From: Candidatus Levyibacteriota bacterium
GTDB lineage: Bacteria > Patescibacteriota > Microgenomatia > Levybacterales > UBA12049
DNA: 64,000 nt
Direction: 5' to 3'
Assembly (NCBI GenBank): GCA_016432345.1
Contig: CP066685.1
Coordinates: forward strand, 112,236-176,235
Part shown: positions 48,634 to 60,738 of the stretch, piece after piece
How positions within the stretch are numbered: position 1 is the stretch's first letter
How the letters are laid out: the number at the start of each line of letters is the position of its first letter
Position numbers and translations under genes: made by a program
The notes under the pieces: model-generated
The model's database searches: none
The model's input: only the letters and a program-made list of their open reading frames with translations
Told to the model about the DNA's origin: nothing

Positions 48634-50397
48634 ATGAAACGTGAACAGATTCGTAATTTTGCCATTATTGCCCACATTGATCATGGAAAATCAACTTTGT
48701 CGGATCGTTTTTTAGAGATTTGCCACACGATATCTAAAGAAAAAATGAAGCCGCAATTGTTAGATTCCTTGGCGCTTGAGCGAGAGAGAGGAATAACTAT
48801 AAAACTAGCTCCAGTGCAAATGCACTATACGCTAAACGCTGTAAACTATACGCTAAACTTGATTGATACGCCTGGTCATGTTGATTTTTCCTACGAGGTA
48901 TCTAGGGCATTGGCTGCTGTTGAGGGAGCGATTTTACTGATTGATGCAACACAGGGAATTCAGGCCCAGACGCTTTCGCATGGACTTTCTGCCCTATCGC
49001 AAAATTTGCGGCTTATTCCTGTTATTAACAAAATTGATTTGGCCAATGCGAATATCGAAGCTTGCAAAAAACAATTTATAGAGACGTTTGGTTTTTCGGA
49101 AGAAGAAATTATTTTGGCGTCAGGTAAGTCTGGAGTTGGAGTTATAGAAATTATTCAGGCCATTGTTGATCGAATTCCACCTCCTACCGTTGACACAGAA
49201 AAACCACTTCGGGCGTTAATTTTTGATTCTTTTTTTGACGCTTATAAAGGGGTTATAGCGCAAGTAAAAATTGTTGATGGGGAAGTTCCATCGCCCGGAC
49301 AAAAGATAAGATTTCTTGGAACAAAAGCAATGGGTGAGGTTTTAGAAAAGGGGTATTTTTCTCCAAGCCTTAAACCTATCGAAACACTTATCTCGGGAGA
49401 AATTGGGTATATTGCAACAGGTATTAAAGAACCAGATAAGGTGCATGTTGGTGATACGATAGCTGTGAGTGATATTGCGCCATTGCCTGGTTATAAAGAA
49501 GTTAAGCCAATGGTATATGTTGGATTGTACCCGATAGACCAATCGGAGTTTCACCAATTAAAAGATGTATTAGGGAAATTTAGATTAACGGATCCGGCTT
49601 TTTCTTACGCCTTGGAACATTCTGCGGCGCTGGGCGCTGGTTTTCGGTGTGGGTTTTTAGGGCTTTTACATGCCGAAGTTGTCCAACAGCGATTGTCAGA
49701 AGAATTTGGGATGGATTTATTGGCAACTACCCCATCTGTTGAATATCTTAATGGGGACGAAAAAATTACCAGTCCTGCGGATATTGATCCAATGTCAACT
49801 GAAAAATTAAAGGAGCCATGGGTATCTATACAGATTTTTAGCCCAAAAATTTACATCGGTAGTATTATGGAGGAAATGGCAAAAAAGCGTGGCGTTTTCC
49901 AAAATCAGAAATATTTTGGTTCGTCCGTTGAGCTTCAATACCTTATGCCGTTGGCAGAGATGATTACTGATTTTTATGATAAATTAAAGTCTGTTTCGTC
50001 GGGTTTTGCCTCTTTGGATTGGGAATTTTTGGAATTTCGTCCTGTTGACGCGGTTAGAATAGATTTTTTAGTGGGTGGAGAAAAAGTGGATGCTTTGTCA
50101 ACCATTGTGGTTAGGAATAAGGCAGAAGGAATTGGGCGGAAATTAGTGGAGAAACTAAAAGATGTACTGCCTCGGCAAAACTTTGAGATTGCAGTTCAAG
50201 CGGCAATTGGTGGAAAAATTATTGCTAGAGAAACAGTGTCTGCATATCGAAAAGATGTTTTAAAGAAAATGTCCGGCGGAGACAGAACCAGAAAAGACAA
50301 ACTTTTGGAAAAGCAAAAAAAGGGCAAGAAAAAAATGAAGATGGTAGGGCGGGTCGAAATACCCCAAGAAGCTTTTTTAAGTATTTTAAAATCCTAG
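48634..50397 (+). CDS. lepA: Elongation factor 4
   Basis: AHIDHGKSTL, RGITIK, DTPGHVDF, GFRCGFLGLLH, KLLEKQK.GK. Confidence 0.98.
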   Translation: MKREQIRNFAIIAHIDHGKSTLSDRFLEICHTISKEKMKPQLLDSLALERERGITIKLAPVQMHYTLNAVNYTLNLIDTPGHVDFSYEVSRALAAVEGAILLIDATQGIQAQTLSHGLSALSQNLRLIPVINKIDLANANIEACKKQFIETFGFSEEEIILASGKSGVGVIEIIQAIVDRIPPPTVDTEKPLRALIFDSFFDAYKGVIAQVKIVDGEVPSPGQKIRFLGTKAMGEVLEKGYFSPSLKPIETLISGEIGYIATGIKEPDKVHVGDTIAVSDIAPLPGYKEVKPMVYVGLYPIDQSEFHQLKDVLGKFRLTDPAFSYALEHSAALGAGFRCGFLGLLHAEVVQQRLSEEFGMDLLATTPSVEYLNGDEKITSPADIDPMSTEKLKEPWVSIQIFSPKIYIGSIMEEMAKKRGVFQNQKYFGSSVELQYLMPLAEMITDFYDKLKSVSSGFASLDWEFLEFRPVDAVRIDFLVGGEKVDALSTIVVRNKAEGIGRKLVEKLKDVLPRQNFEIAVQAAIGGKIIARETVSAYRKDVLKKMSGGDRTRKDKLLEKQKKGKKKMKMVGRVEIPQEAFLSILKS

Positions 50398-51641
50398 AGG
50401 GCGAAGAAGAGAATTGTGCCTACAATAATAAGTGCTGCTCCAACTCCGCCAATTCCCAAAAATGTGTCTCCAGGGCCTGGTTGTTCTTTAAACTCTTTTT
50501 TTGGTAGAGGTGTTGGTGTATCTTGTGCAATAACAATTGGTGTTGGGGAAAGCGTTGATATTACAGTTCCTCCACCTGTTCCAGTAGGCGCGGGATTTAC
50601 CGTAATTGTTTGTTTGCAAGTGCTGCTTTCTGCGCTAAGTCCTCCTTTGTTATCGGTAAGTGTTGCTTTGGCTGTAAACGTTGTTGAATTATTATATGTG
50701 TGAGCTTTGGCTACGCTGATTGTTTTTGAACCAATGCCTCCCCCTGTGGTTACTGTCTCAACCGGTCCATCTCCAAAATCAAAGGTAACACTACTTATTG
50801 TGCCGTCTGGATCATTGCCATTAGCCGTAAAGGTAATAGAGAAGGGTGCGTTGCCAGATGTGGCGCGATCTATATTAAGCCCTGTACATATTGGTAGTTG
50901 ATTTGGTGTTGAGGCGCCTGGTTGTGTTGCGGGGATAGGCGTTGCTGAAGGTTGTCCTGGTATGGGAGTATTGATTGGTGTTGTACCTGCGGCAGCTGCA
51001 ATTTTTACAAGAGCAGGTAGCACCGAGGATAGTACATTTACTTCAGGATCAATAGTTGAAGTGGCATTTGATTTGGTTTGATCAAAAGAAATACTTACTC
51101 CTTCTGGCGCTGCAGCAAGTGTTTTAAACGTGATAGTTGCTATTTTTGTTTTCTGGGAAATTGCTTTTAGCGCGTCTGTGCCAACAGAAAGAGTGACAGA
51201 TGCATTGCCAGATGTATATGCTGGTGGAACAAGGGCGTTGCTGCCAAAACCTTGAGAGGCAGGGATTGATACTGGAAAGGTAAAGCCAAGTCCGGTACCT
51301 TTTGACGGATCTGCTTCTAATTTACTATTGTCGTAATTTATGTTAATTGTGGCGACAACAATTTTGTTTTTTTCCACTCCTGTGCCGCCAGTTGGATCAA
51401 GATAAATATCAAGCGAAATATTTTCATCAATATTTTTTTGAACAGGTGTTGTGGTGTTAAGACAAGTGCCATTAGTTTGAGGAAGGGTAAAACAAAGAAT
51501 AGTTGCTTGTTCGGCGCCTGATTTGGTGCGAGTTTGATTCTGAAGAAAAAAGACCGTGATGGGGATGACAGTAAGTAACGTTGCCAGAAACCCAAAGATA
51601 AGCAGTTTTTTGGTACTTAAAAACGTCATAGATACATCCAT
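50394..51641 (-). CDS. Surface protein with cohesin-like and PKD domains
   Basis: N-terminal TM, cohesin-like beta pattern (I.YD..KL, IATITFK), PT linker, FDFGDG..HTY, C-terminal PG + TM. Confidence 0.75.
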   Translation of the reverse strand: MDVSMTFLSTKKLLIFGFLATLLTVIPITVFFLQNQTRTKSGAEQATILCFTLPQTNGTCLNTTTPVQKNIDENISLDIYLDPTGGTGVEKNKIVVATININYDNSKLEADPSKGTGLGFTFPVSIPASQGFGSNALVPPAYTSGNASVTLSVGTDALKAISQKTKIATITFKTLAAAPEGVSISFDQTKSNATSTIDPEVNVLSSVLPALVKIAAAAGTTPINTPIPGQPSATPIPATQPGASTPNQLPICTGLNIDRATSGNAPFSITFTANGNDPDGTISSVTFDFGDGPVETVTTGGGIGSKTISVAKAHTYNNSTTFTAKATLTDNKGGLSAESSTCKQTITVNPAPTGTGGGTVISTLSPTPIVIAQDTPTPLPKKEFKEQPGPGDTFLGIGGVGAALIIVGTILFFAL

Positions 51642-51701
51642 CGTATAGGAATTAAAAGATGCGTGTCAAGTAGAATCAACCGAGTAAGTTACTATAGGGT
51701 C

Positions 51702-51757
51702 TTGACAAAGGGAAAAAGATTTTGTATAAATTAGCAGTCACTAATTGTTAGTGATAT
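51702..51757 (+). promoter_or_regulatory. groES promoter with degenerate CIRCE
   Basis: TTGACA-17-TATAAA followed by TTAGCAGTC-N9-TAGTGATAT (51731-51757). Confidence 0.65.
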
Positions 51758-51780
51758 TTTTTCGACAAATTTACTAATAT

Positions 51781-53720
<1,940 letters not shown>

Positions 53721-53751
53721 AGCCTCTCTATGGTATAGTAGAGAGACTTTT

Positions 53752-54594
53752 ATGAAGAAGGTTTTTTTGTTTCTTCTTCCACCTCTTATTGCTGTTATTG
53801 CTTTTTTATTACTCGTATTTTTTCTAAATAAAGAATCTGTTAAAGGAGCGCTTCAGGTAACCGCCAGTCTAAAAAGTAAAGTTTACTTAGATGGAAAACT
53901 GGTTGGCGAAACACCATTTTGCAAATGCGAAGGTGAAGATATGTTAAAAGTTGGTAGTTACACAGTTCGTCTTGTGCCAAAGGATGAAGGATTTTCTCCA
54001 TACGAGGAAAAAATTACTATTGGCCCATCAGTTTTAACAGTAGTAGATCGGATTTTTGGAAGCTCGGATTTAGGAGAGGGAAAAGTTATTACCTTGACGA
54101 AACTTCCTGACAAAGATAAATTAGAGCTTTTGGTAGTTTCTTTGCCGGAAGGGGTAGGTATATATCTTGATAACGTAGAAGTTGGAAAAACACCATACAA
54201 AAATACATCGTTAACAGCTTCTGATCATGAACTTAGATTAGTGCGAGATGGATATAGAGAAAAAACAATTCGAATTCGTACAGTTTTGGGATATAGAGTT
54301 ACTATTGCGGCAACTTTGGGTGTTTTTCCTAATTTAACAACAGCTACATCTTCTGCGGAAACACAAATAGCGACTGAATCGGCGTTACCCTCTGTTACTA
54401 AAATTATCATTGTGAATACACCAACTGGTTTTTTGCGTGTTAGAGAAAGCGGGTCTTTGTCTTCTTCGGAAATTGCCAGAGTAAATCCTGGGGAAACTTA
54501 TGATTTGGTGGAAGAAAAAGAAGGTTGGTTTTCGATTAAGCTTAAAGATGGAAAAGTTGGCTGGGTAAGTAACCAGTACGCAAAGAAACAATAG
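53752..54594 (+). CDS. PEGA + SH3 domain protein
   Basis: VYLDG..GETP, YLD..VGKTP, LRVR...GW..I....GWVS; start ATG 53752. Confidence 0.85.
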   Translation: MKKVFLFLLPPLIAVIAFLLLVFFLNKESVKGALQVTASLKSKVYLDGKLVGETPFCKCEGEDMLKVGSYTVRLVPKDEGFSPYEEKITIGPSVLTVVDRIFGSSDLGEGKVITLTKLPDKDKLELLVVSLPEGVGIYLDNVEVGKTPYKNTSLTASDHELRLVRDGYREKTIRIRTVLGYRVTIAATLGVFPNLTTATSSAETQIATESALPSVTKIIIVNTPTGFLRVRESGSLSSSEIARVNPGETYDLVEEKEGWFSIKLKDGKVGWVSNQYAKKQ

Positions 54595-54596
54595 TT

Positions 54597-55541
54597 TTAT
54601 CCTCCAAATAAGTAAATGGTGGAAATAACTAGAACTACCCAAATAATAACTGTTATTAAAAGCGGTCTATCGGATAGAAGCACTTTGTCTGGGCTTTCGC
54701 CTTCGTGTTTTTCGTAGATGTCTTGCAGATAGCGCATGAGGCCGTAAACCACAGGGATAATAGTGATCATCAGCCACTTTTTTTGTAAAAACTCTGGCAA
54801 AAATTGAGGCATAAGAAAACCAAATGATGGTTTATATCCTGTTTGATTCTCTAAAAAAGTAAACAGGGCATAGGTAATAAATGTCGAGGTGGCAAAAATT
54901 GAGGCATATACGTCAAGTAGCCTTTCTGAATAATGAGAAAGAGATGAGCGAACTAGTTTTTTTTGAGCATCTGAGTATTTGGAAATAAGGGTAAGTTCCG
55001 AACGTCTTTTCCCAATAGCTAAAAAAAGCGAGATAGAAATTGTAGTTAGAAGTAACCATACTGATATATGAAGTCCTGTGGCAAATTCACCAGCATAGAC
55101 TCTTAATATATATCCTCCAGCCAGAGCCAAAATATCAATAATGGCAATGTGTTTTAATACCATAGAATAATATACTTGAAGAAAAAGATAAGTGATCATT
55201 AAAATAAAAAATCCTTTTCCAATAGATGAGCCAGCCCACAGAGATAGAGCAGTTAACACAAAGGCAATAATTAGAGCGAAAGAAATAGAAAGCGACCGAT
55301 TGGCCAGTGGTCTAAACTTTTTAAATGGATGAAGGCGGTCTTTTTCGATATCAAAAATGTCATTCATAATATAGATTGCTGAAGATAAACCACAAAATAT
55401 GAAAAATGCAACAAGAACCTGTTGGAGAAGGACTGTATTTAAAAGTCCGCCGTTAAAAGTAATAGCAGCAAAAACGGCCAAATTTTTAATCCATTGCCTA
55501 GGTCGAAGTAATTTTAGTGTGCTAAATGCTTTTTTTATCAT
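54597..55541 (-). CDS. UbiA-family, decaprenyl-phosphate phosphoribosyltransferase-like
   Basis: RPRQWIKN, ND..D.E.DR.HP.K..RP.A, LKH, KRRSE. Confidence 0.88.
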   Translation of the reverse strand: MIKKAFSTLKLLRPRQWIKNLAVFAAITFNGGLLNTVLLQQVLVAFFIFCGLSSAIYIMNDIFDIEKDRLHPFKKFRPLANRSLSISFALIIAFVLTALSLWAGSSIGKGFFILMITYLFLQVYYSMVLKHIAIIDILALAGGYILRVYAGEFATGLHISVWLLLTTISISLFLAIGKRRSELTLISKYSDAQKKLVRSSLSHYSERLLDVYASIFATSTFITYALFTFLENQTGYKPSFGFLMPQFLPEFLQKKWLMITIIPVVYGLMRYLQDIYEKHEGESPDKVLLSDRPLLITVIIWVVLVISTIYLFGG

Positions 55542-56589
55542 TGCTTCCTTTCATAAGGAATTGCAAGGCAAGAATTGCGCCTCCTGTAACAATAGCAATC
55601 ATAAGGATTGCGAATAGTTTGCCGCGGCTTGGAAGCATTAACGAAACAAGACCAAATATAGCAGAAACAATCCAGTAAAACAATGCAATGCGCGGAGCAT
55701 CCAACCCAAGGCGAAGCAGCAGGTGATGAAAATGTTTATTGTCATGTTTGAAGGGAGAATGTCCTGTTGCAATGCGTCTTGTGATAGTAACAATTCCATC
55801 AATCATCGGGATAGCCATAACCATAATGGCGGTGGCAAGCTTTACGCCTGAAAGAATAGAAACAACAGCTAGTAGCATATACATAGCAGTTGCTCCATAG
55901 CCTGGAAAAATTCGGGCCGGATAAAAATTAAATAGTAAAAATCCTAAAGAACTTCCGGCAATAATAAAAGAAAGCGTTGCGGCGATAAATGTGTTTTCAT
56001 CCGAAATTGGAAATCGTAGACTTAAAATACCAATAACAATAGCCGAGATGGCAACTATTCCTGGCATTTGACCGTCTACTCCGGTGCTCCAGTTAATCAT
56101 GTTGGTTACCCAGACAATCCAGATAATTGCAATAATAGAGGTAAGATTAAAAGTATAGGTAAAAAAGGGCAGTATAACTTTGTCAAGATGAAGTATGCCT
56201 CCTAAAGGATTAGTAATAAATGGTATGTTTGTACCTGCCCAAACAACAAGTATGGCGCAAAAAATGTTTACTCCAAATCTTAGGTATGGTGAAATATCGT
56301 ATTTATCATCAAGTACGCCAACGATAAGAGCGATAAATGCGGATAAAAAAAGCACCATCACCATTGGTGTAAAGGGTAAAAAGAGCATTGCAGGTATAAA
56401 CATGCCAATAAAAAGAGGTATGCCGCCACCTCTCGGAATTGGTTTTTTGTGAATTATAGCTGGATGTTTGTGTTTTTTGGGATCGTCAAGAATTTTTAAA
56501 GACCGCATAAGCGGCAGGGAAAAAGCAGTTGCAGTGGCGCTGACTATAAATGAAGCAAGAATGGAGAAAAAAATACTAGTAAATTCCAT
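55522..56589 (-). CDS. MraY/WecA-family polyprenyl-phosphate HexNAc-1-P transferase
   Basis: PRGGG, GVLDD, N..GVDG, FNFYPARIF, D..HFHH. Confidence 0.9.
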   Translation of the reverse strand: MEFTSIFFSILASFIVSATATAFSLPLMRSLKILDDPKKHKHPAIIHKKPIPRGGGIPLFIGMFIPAMLFLPFTPMVMVLFLSAFIALIVGVLDDKYDISPYLRFGVNIFCAILVVWAGTNIPFITNPLGGILHLDKVILPFFTYTFNLTSIIAIIWIVWVTNMINWSTGVDGQMPGIVAISAIVIGILSLRFPISDENTFIAATLSFIIAGSSLGFLLFNFYPARIFPGYGATAMYMLLAVVSILSGVKLATAIMVMAIPMIDGIVTITRRIATGHSPFKHDNKHFHHLLLRLGLDAPRIALFYWIVSAIFGLVSLMLPSRGKLFAILMIAIVTGGAILALQFLMKGSNDKKSI

Positions 56590-56592
56590 GAT

Positions 56593-56958
56593 TTAAATAA
56601 TAATAAACACTGTTCTGATAATAAGAATGAATGAAAAAAACGCAACAAGAAAACTTGTCATGCAAAGAAATCTAGCCACCAGCGGCATTTTATTATAAAT
56701 AAAATAGGAGCAAAAAAAATTGCTAATTACAATAAAAACAGACATCAAAAGTGGAATAAAAATTTGTGATTTTGTGGCGAGTCTTTCTTCTCCCCAAGGC
56801 ATTTGATTATAAAGGGGAATAACTGGAGGAAATTTAGGAAGATAAAAAAGTAAAAAGAAGAGTTGTAATATGCAAAAAAAAGCCGAAAGCGCAATACTGC
56901 CAAATATAATTTTGTCTTCTAGGAGATCTTTAAAATTTTTTCTCATAAACTTGAGCAT
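56593..56958 (-). CDS. Small membrane protein
   Basis: Three TM, PP.IPLY..PWG..RL. Confidence 0.7.
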   Translation of the reverse strand: MLKFMRKNFKDLLEDKIIFGSIALSAFFCILQLFFLLFYLPKFPPVIPLYNQMPWGEERLATKSQIFIPLLMSVFIVISNFFCSYFIYNKMPLVARFLCMTSFLVAFFSFILIIRTVFIII

Positions 56959-58387
56959 CGTAAATCATAATTTGTTCCTGATAGTCTTTTATAGAAAATG
57001 GTATAGATTGATTGTGGGACGAAACAATAAAAGTTGGTTTTATTTTATTTATTGCTATTTGTGTTTCTGCAAGTGTCTGCGGCGATGATGTTATATGGTA
57101 TGCAACGATAAATCGGCCGGGGGGAAGTTCATTTAGAAGCGCATACACTTGTCCATTATTTCCCCAAATAAATACTGTGTCATTTTTTTCCATGTGTGTT
57201 TTAAGATAGCTTGCAATTGCATAATCGGCTGGTGTATGTTTGTCAAAAAAACTTTGGTATGCAGCTACACTTTTTTTGTTAGCAACAAAAGATAAATAAT
57301 TTTCGTAATAAGAGAATATTTTTGTATAAAAAGTGAAGTTTAATCCAACAATAATTATTGTAAAGAAAAGCATAAGACCGACAATTTTTTTATATGCTTT
57401 TGTTTTGTTTTCTGTTAGAAAGAGTCCTAGCATAAGAGAGAAACTTGGGAGTAAAATCAGCAGATAATGCGTGTATGGTCTTTGAGAAAAAAAGGTATTA
57501 AAAAGGGAAAATATAAACCAAATGAAAATGAAAAGTTCAGATGAAGAGAATAAATTTCTTTTTTTGAAAAGAAAAATAGAGCCAGAAAATAAGAAGAAAA
57601 GTTTTAACAAGAGTAATCCTTGTGGAATGAGGAGACGATTGCCATAACTTACGTAGCCAATATTTTGACGAAGCGTTGCTTCTAAAAAGGGCGTGAAAGC
57701 GCCTTTAAAGAAGAAAAACGCTGCTGTAAGAAAAAGAGGAACTGCAAATGCAGCAAAAAATAACATAAGATGTTTTATAATTTGGTTTATAGATTTACTG
57801 CTGTTTTTTTCTATATAAATAAGAAAGAGGGTAAATGCCGCAAAATCAAAAATGGCGACAATTTTAAAAAGAAAAGCAAGAGAAAGGAAGAAGCCAGCAA
57901 TAATAAGCGTATAGGGTTTAGCGTTTAGCGTATAGTTGTAAATTAAAAATCCTGCGAGAATAATTGGAAGGAGCATAAAGTTTTCGGCATTGGCGATGTT
58001 GCCTTCTAAAAGAGGAAGTCCAAATAAAAGCGCAAAAAAACCAACGGATAAAAAAACTGCTTTTTCAGCTTTTAATAGTTTCTTCGAAATTAAATAAAAA
58101 GTAAAAACTGCCAGAATTCCAAATACAAAAGATAAAACTCGTAAACTAAATTGATCTGAGGAAAAAAGAGCATAGATAATATAGAGAAGCGGAGGCTTGT
58201 TGTCCCAAATATCTTTATAAAGCAATCTATTCTCATTTAACGCAATGCCAATGACTTGGTAAATTCCTTCGTCGCCATACCAATATGGTTCTATAAACGA
58301 AGGAAGACGCAATAAGAAAAATACTACAGTTACGCCAATTAAAAACCAGCAGTCTTTAGTTTTCTCGATTTTTGTCAGTAATTTCAT
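56930..58387 (-). CDS. GT-C glycosyltransferase
   Basis: WYGDEGIY, WDNKPP, ANAE, HY. Confidence 0.85.
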   Translation of the reverse strand: MKLLTKIEKTKDCWFLIGVTVVFFLLRLPSFIEPYWYGDEGIYQVIGIALNENRLLYKDIWDNKPPLLYIIYALFSSDQFSLRVLSFVFGILAVFTFYLISKKLLKAEKAVFLSVGFFALLFGLPLLEGNIANAENFMLLPIILAGFLIYNYTLNAKPYTLIIAGFFLSLAFLFKIVAIFDFAAFTLFLIYIEKNSSKSINQIIKHLMLFFAAFAVPLFLTAAFFFFKGAFTPFLEATLRQNIGYVSYGNRLLIPQGLLLLKLFFLFSGSIFLFKKRNLFSSSELFIFIWFIFSLFNTFFSQRPYTHYLLILLPSFSLMLGLFLTENKTKAYKKIVGLMLFFTIIIVGLNFTFYTKIFSYYENYLSFVANKKSVAAYQSFFDKHTPADYAIASYLKTHMEKNDTVFIWGNNGQVYALLNELPPGRFIVAYHITSSPQTLAETQIAINKIKPTFIVSSHNQSIPFSIKDYQEQIMIYDAQVYEKKF

Positions 58388-59881
58388 TTATAACTTTTCG
58401 GTAACTTTATATTCAAGTCGCTTCCCAAACATCAGTTGGGTATGGGAAATAATAGCTGGAAGCGTTGATAGAAAAAATCCAACTATTGGTAAAAGGACAA
58501 ACTCAAGCGGAAAAAGAAATTGTTTAGCTGTAGAAACACGGGTGTCTTTTGGTCGTTGGCGATAATCAATTATTATCATAATAAGTGTGGCAAAAAGACA
58601 AAAGGTAAGAATAATGCCAGCCAGTCGTGGAAGATTGTACCCAAGTGTTGTTCGTGAGAAAGCAGGGTTTATAAAGGGCATAATGTTGGCCGCAACGGTA
58701 ATAATGAACCAATTAACAGGCCAGAGAAAATGGTCCAAAAGCACGTAGAAAAGCATCATGGTTTTTTGTACAAATGGCACACCAGGAACTGTTAGCCACC
58801 ATTTAATAAATACTGGGTCGTCTGATACTCCCCACGACCATCGTCTCTCTTGATCATACTTATTTTTAAGGGTTTTTAAGTATGTTGAAGACAATGGTGC
58901 ATCCATGGAGGTTTTTAAGAAAATTGGCTCTACATAGGCGTTGCCTTTGAGTATATAAAATGCCTTAAAAAAGATGCGGTAATCTTCTGGAATAACATCT
59001 GTATCCCAAAAATCAATTTGCCGCAAGAGCCGCAATGAGAGCGAGTAGGTGGAGTTGGCAACCAAGCGATCTTTCTGAACCAAAAGACCTGTTCGCCACA
59101 GACTGCCAAAAAAGGATAAAACGCGGATAGGAGCTGGAACTTTCCAGAAATTATTATAATTAACATTTGCAGATTGCCAAAATGTGTTGTATTTATTTTT
59201 GTTGGAGAGAAATTTGTGTGTTAGATACGCAAAATACTGCCTATCAAAAATGGAGTCGGCATCAACGGAAGAGATGGTGGCAAAGTCCTCGTTAATAACG
59301 CCCTTTTCTACCCAAACTATATAGGCTTTTTTAGCGGCAAATGCTTGGTTTGATGATTTTCCTTTTACTTCTCCTGGCATATCTGTATGGAAGGTGGCAA
59401 TCATTCCGCCAAATTTATAGCCAAATTCTTGGATAAGAGTATTAGCTTTTTGTTGGACATCTTGTTCTCTCTCTTCCATCCCCAAAACGACAAAGAGCTT
59501 TTTTGTGGTAATGGTTTGATTTGCAATAGAAGCAATTGATTGGCGAAGCTTTTCAATACTTTCTTTATAGTTGGGAATAACAATTACGTGGGTTATTTTT
59601 TTAAACTCTTTTAGCGTTTTTACTTCTTTTACCCAATCTTGCGCTTCGGCCCTTCGAATGCGGCGTGAAGCTATAAAGGCGGTTATTGCCAAGGAGAATG
59701 ATTTGTAAAACCAATAGACATCAAAAAAAAGAATAAAATAAGCAAGGGCAAGAGGGAAAAAAAGCGATCCCCAGATTGGGAAAAAGATTAGCGTCCAAGA
59801 AATTACTCCTGGCAATAGCTCAAGAGCACGTCGTGTTTTGACAGGATAGCGAGTAAAAATTCTATCGAAAAAATGGGTCAT
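58388..59881 (-). CDS. GT2-family membrane glycosyltransferase
   Basis: IP.YKE, GKSSN, DADS, ED, Q.RRW. Confidence 0.88.
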   Translation of the reverse strand: MTHFFDRIFTRYPVKTRRALELLPGVISWTLIFFPIWGSLFFPLALAYFILFFDVYWFYKSFSLAITAFIASRRIRRAEAQDWVKEVKTLKEFKKITHVIVIPNYKESIEKLRQSIASIANQTITTKKLFVVLGMEEREQDVQQKANTLIQEFGYKFGGMIATFHTDMPGEVKGKSSNQAFAAKKAYIVWVEKGVINEDFATISSVDADSIFDRQYFAYLTHKFLSNKNKYNTFWQSANVNYNNFWKVPAPIRVLSFFGSLWRTGLLVQKDRLVANSTYSLSLRLLRQIDFWDTDVIPEDYRIFFKAFYILKGNAYVEPIFLKTSMDAPLSSTYLKTLKNKYDQERRWSWGVSDDPVFIKWWLTVPGVPFVQKTMMLFYVLLDHFLWPVNWFIITVAANIMPFINPAFSRTTLGYNLPRLAGIILTFCLFATLIMIIIDYRQRPKDTRVSTAKQFLFPLEFVLLPIVGFFLSTLPAIISHTQLMFGKRLEYKVTEKL

Positions 59882-60693
59882 AGTCTAAAAATTGCTTTGG
59901 CGTTTTTGGTTGTTTGCGTATCAACTTCCTCAAGCGAAATACCTTTAATTTTGGCTATTTCTTGCCCTACTAGTATAGCATATTGCGGTTCGTTTCTCTT
60001 GCCCCTATAGGGTATTGGAGTAAGGTAGGGACTATCTGTCTCGATAACAATTCGATCAAGAGGTACGTAGTTTACAAGTTCGGAAAGTTCGGTATCCTCA
60101 CCAGGAGCTAATCCTTTATAGGTAATATTACCGTCAAAGCCTACATAAAAGCCTAAATCAAGCACTTTTTTGGTGAATCCAATATTTCCTGAAAAACAAT
60201 GAAACATTCCAGGAGGATTAAAGATTAATGATTTATGATTAATGAGAATATCTAAAATTTCTTTTCCGGCGTGGCGGTTGTGGATTTGCAAAGGTAATTT
60301 AAGCTTATGAGCAAGTTCAATTTGCTGTATAAAAATTTCTGCTTGTAATTTTGGGTCGGTAATGCCGTTTGATTGGTATCGGTAGTTATCCATACCAATT
60401 TCGCCAATAGCCACTACTTTTTTGCTCGATTTTGCTATGGTTTTAAGTTGTGTAAGCCAATCTGTTCCAAGTTCGATTTTGTCTGCATGGTGGGGGTGAA
60501 CGCCCACAATGGCATACATTTCGCCAGCTGGCGAATCGTATTTTTCTGCCAGTTCGACAGCCTTCTGGCTGGAATCAATCTTGGTGCCAACATTTATAAT
60601 GGTTGTTACACCGGCCGCAAAAGCACGTTTTGCAACCTCATCGTAGTCATTATCATAAGCTTGAAAATTAAGGTGGCAATGGATATCAATCAT
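59878..60693 (-). CDS. tatD: TatD-family nuclease
   Basis: DIHCHL, GVHP, GEIG.D, H.R, HCF, ETDSPYL. Confidence 0.95.
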   Translation of the reverse strand: MIDIHCHLNFQAYDNDYDEVAKRAFAAGVTTIINVGTKIDSSQKAVELAEKYDSPAGEMYAIVGVHPHHADKIELGTDWLTQLKTIAKSSKKVVAIGEIGMDNYRYQSNGITDPKLQAEIFIQQIELAHKLKLPLQIHNRHAGKEILDILINHKSLIFNPPGMFHCFSGNIGFTKKVLDLGFYVGFDGNITYKGLAPGEDTELSELVNYVPLDRIVIETDSPYLTPIPYRGKRNEPQYAILVGQEIAKIKGISLEEVDTQTTKNAKAIFRL

Positions 60694-60738
60694 AGATTCT
60701 ATTATAATAGATTCTATTATACTCGTAATTATTCAAAA

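Noticed and set aside
60373..60738. Long N-terminal extension of SemiSWEET
   Set aside because: Overlaps tatD antisense; family size and ATG at 60739 fit the short form
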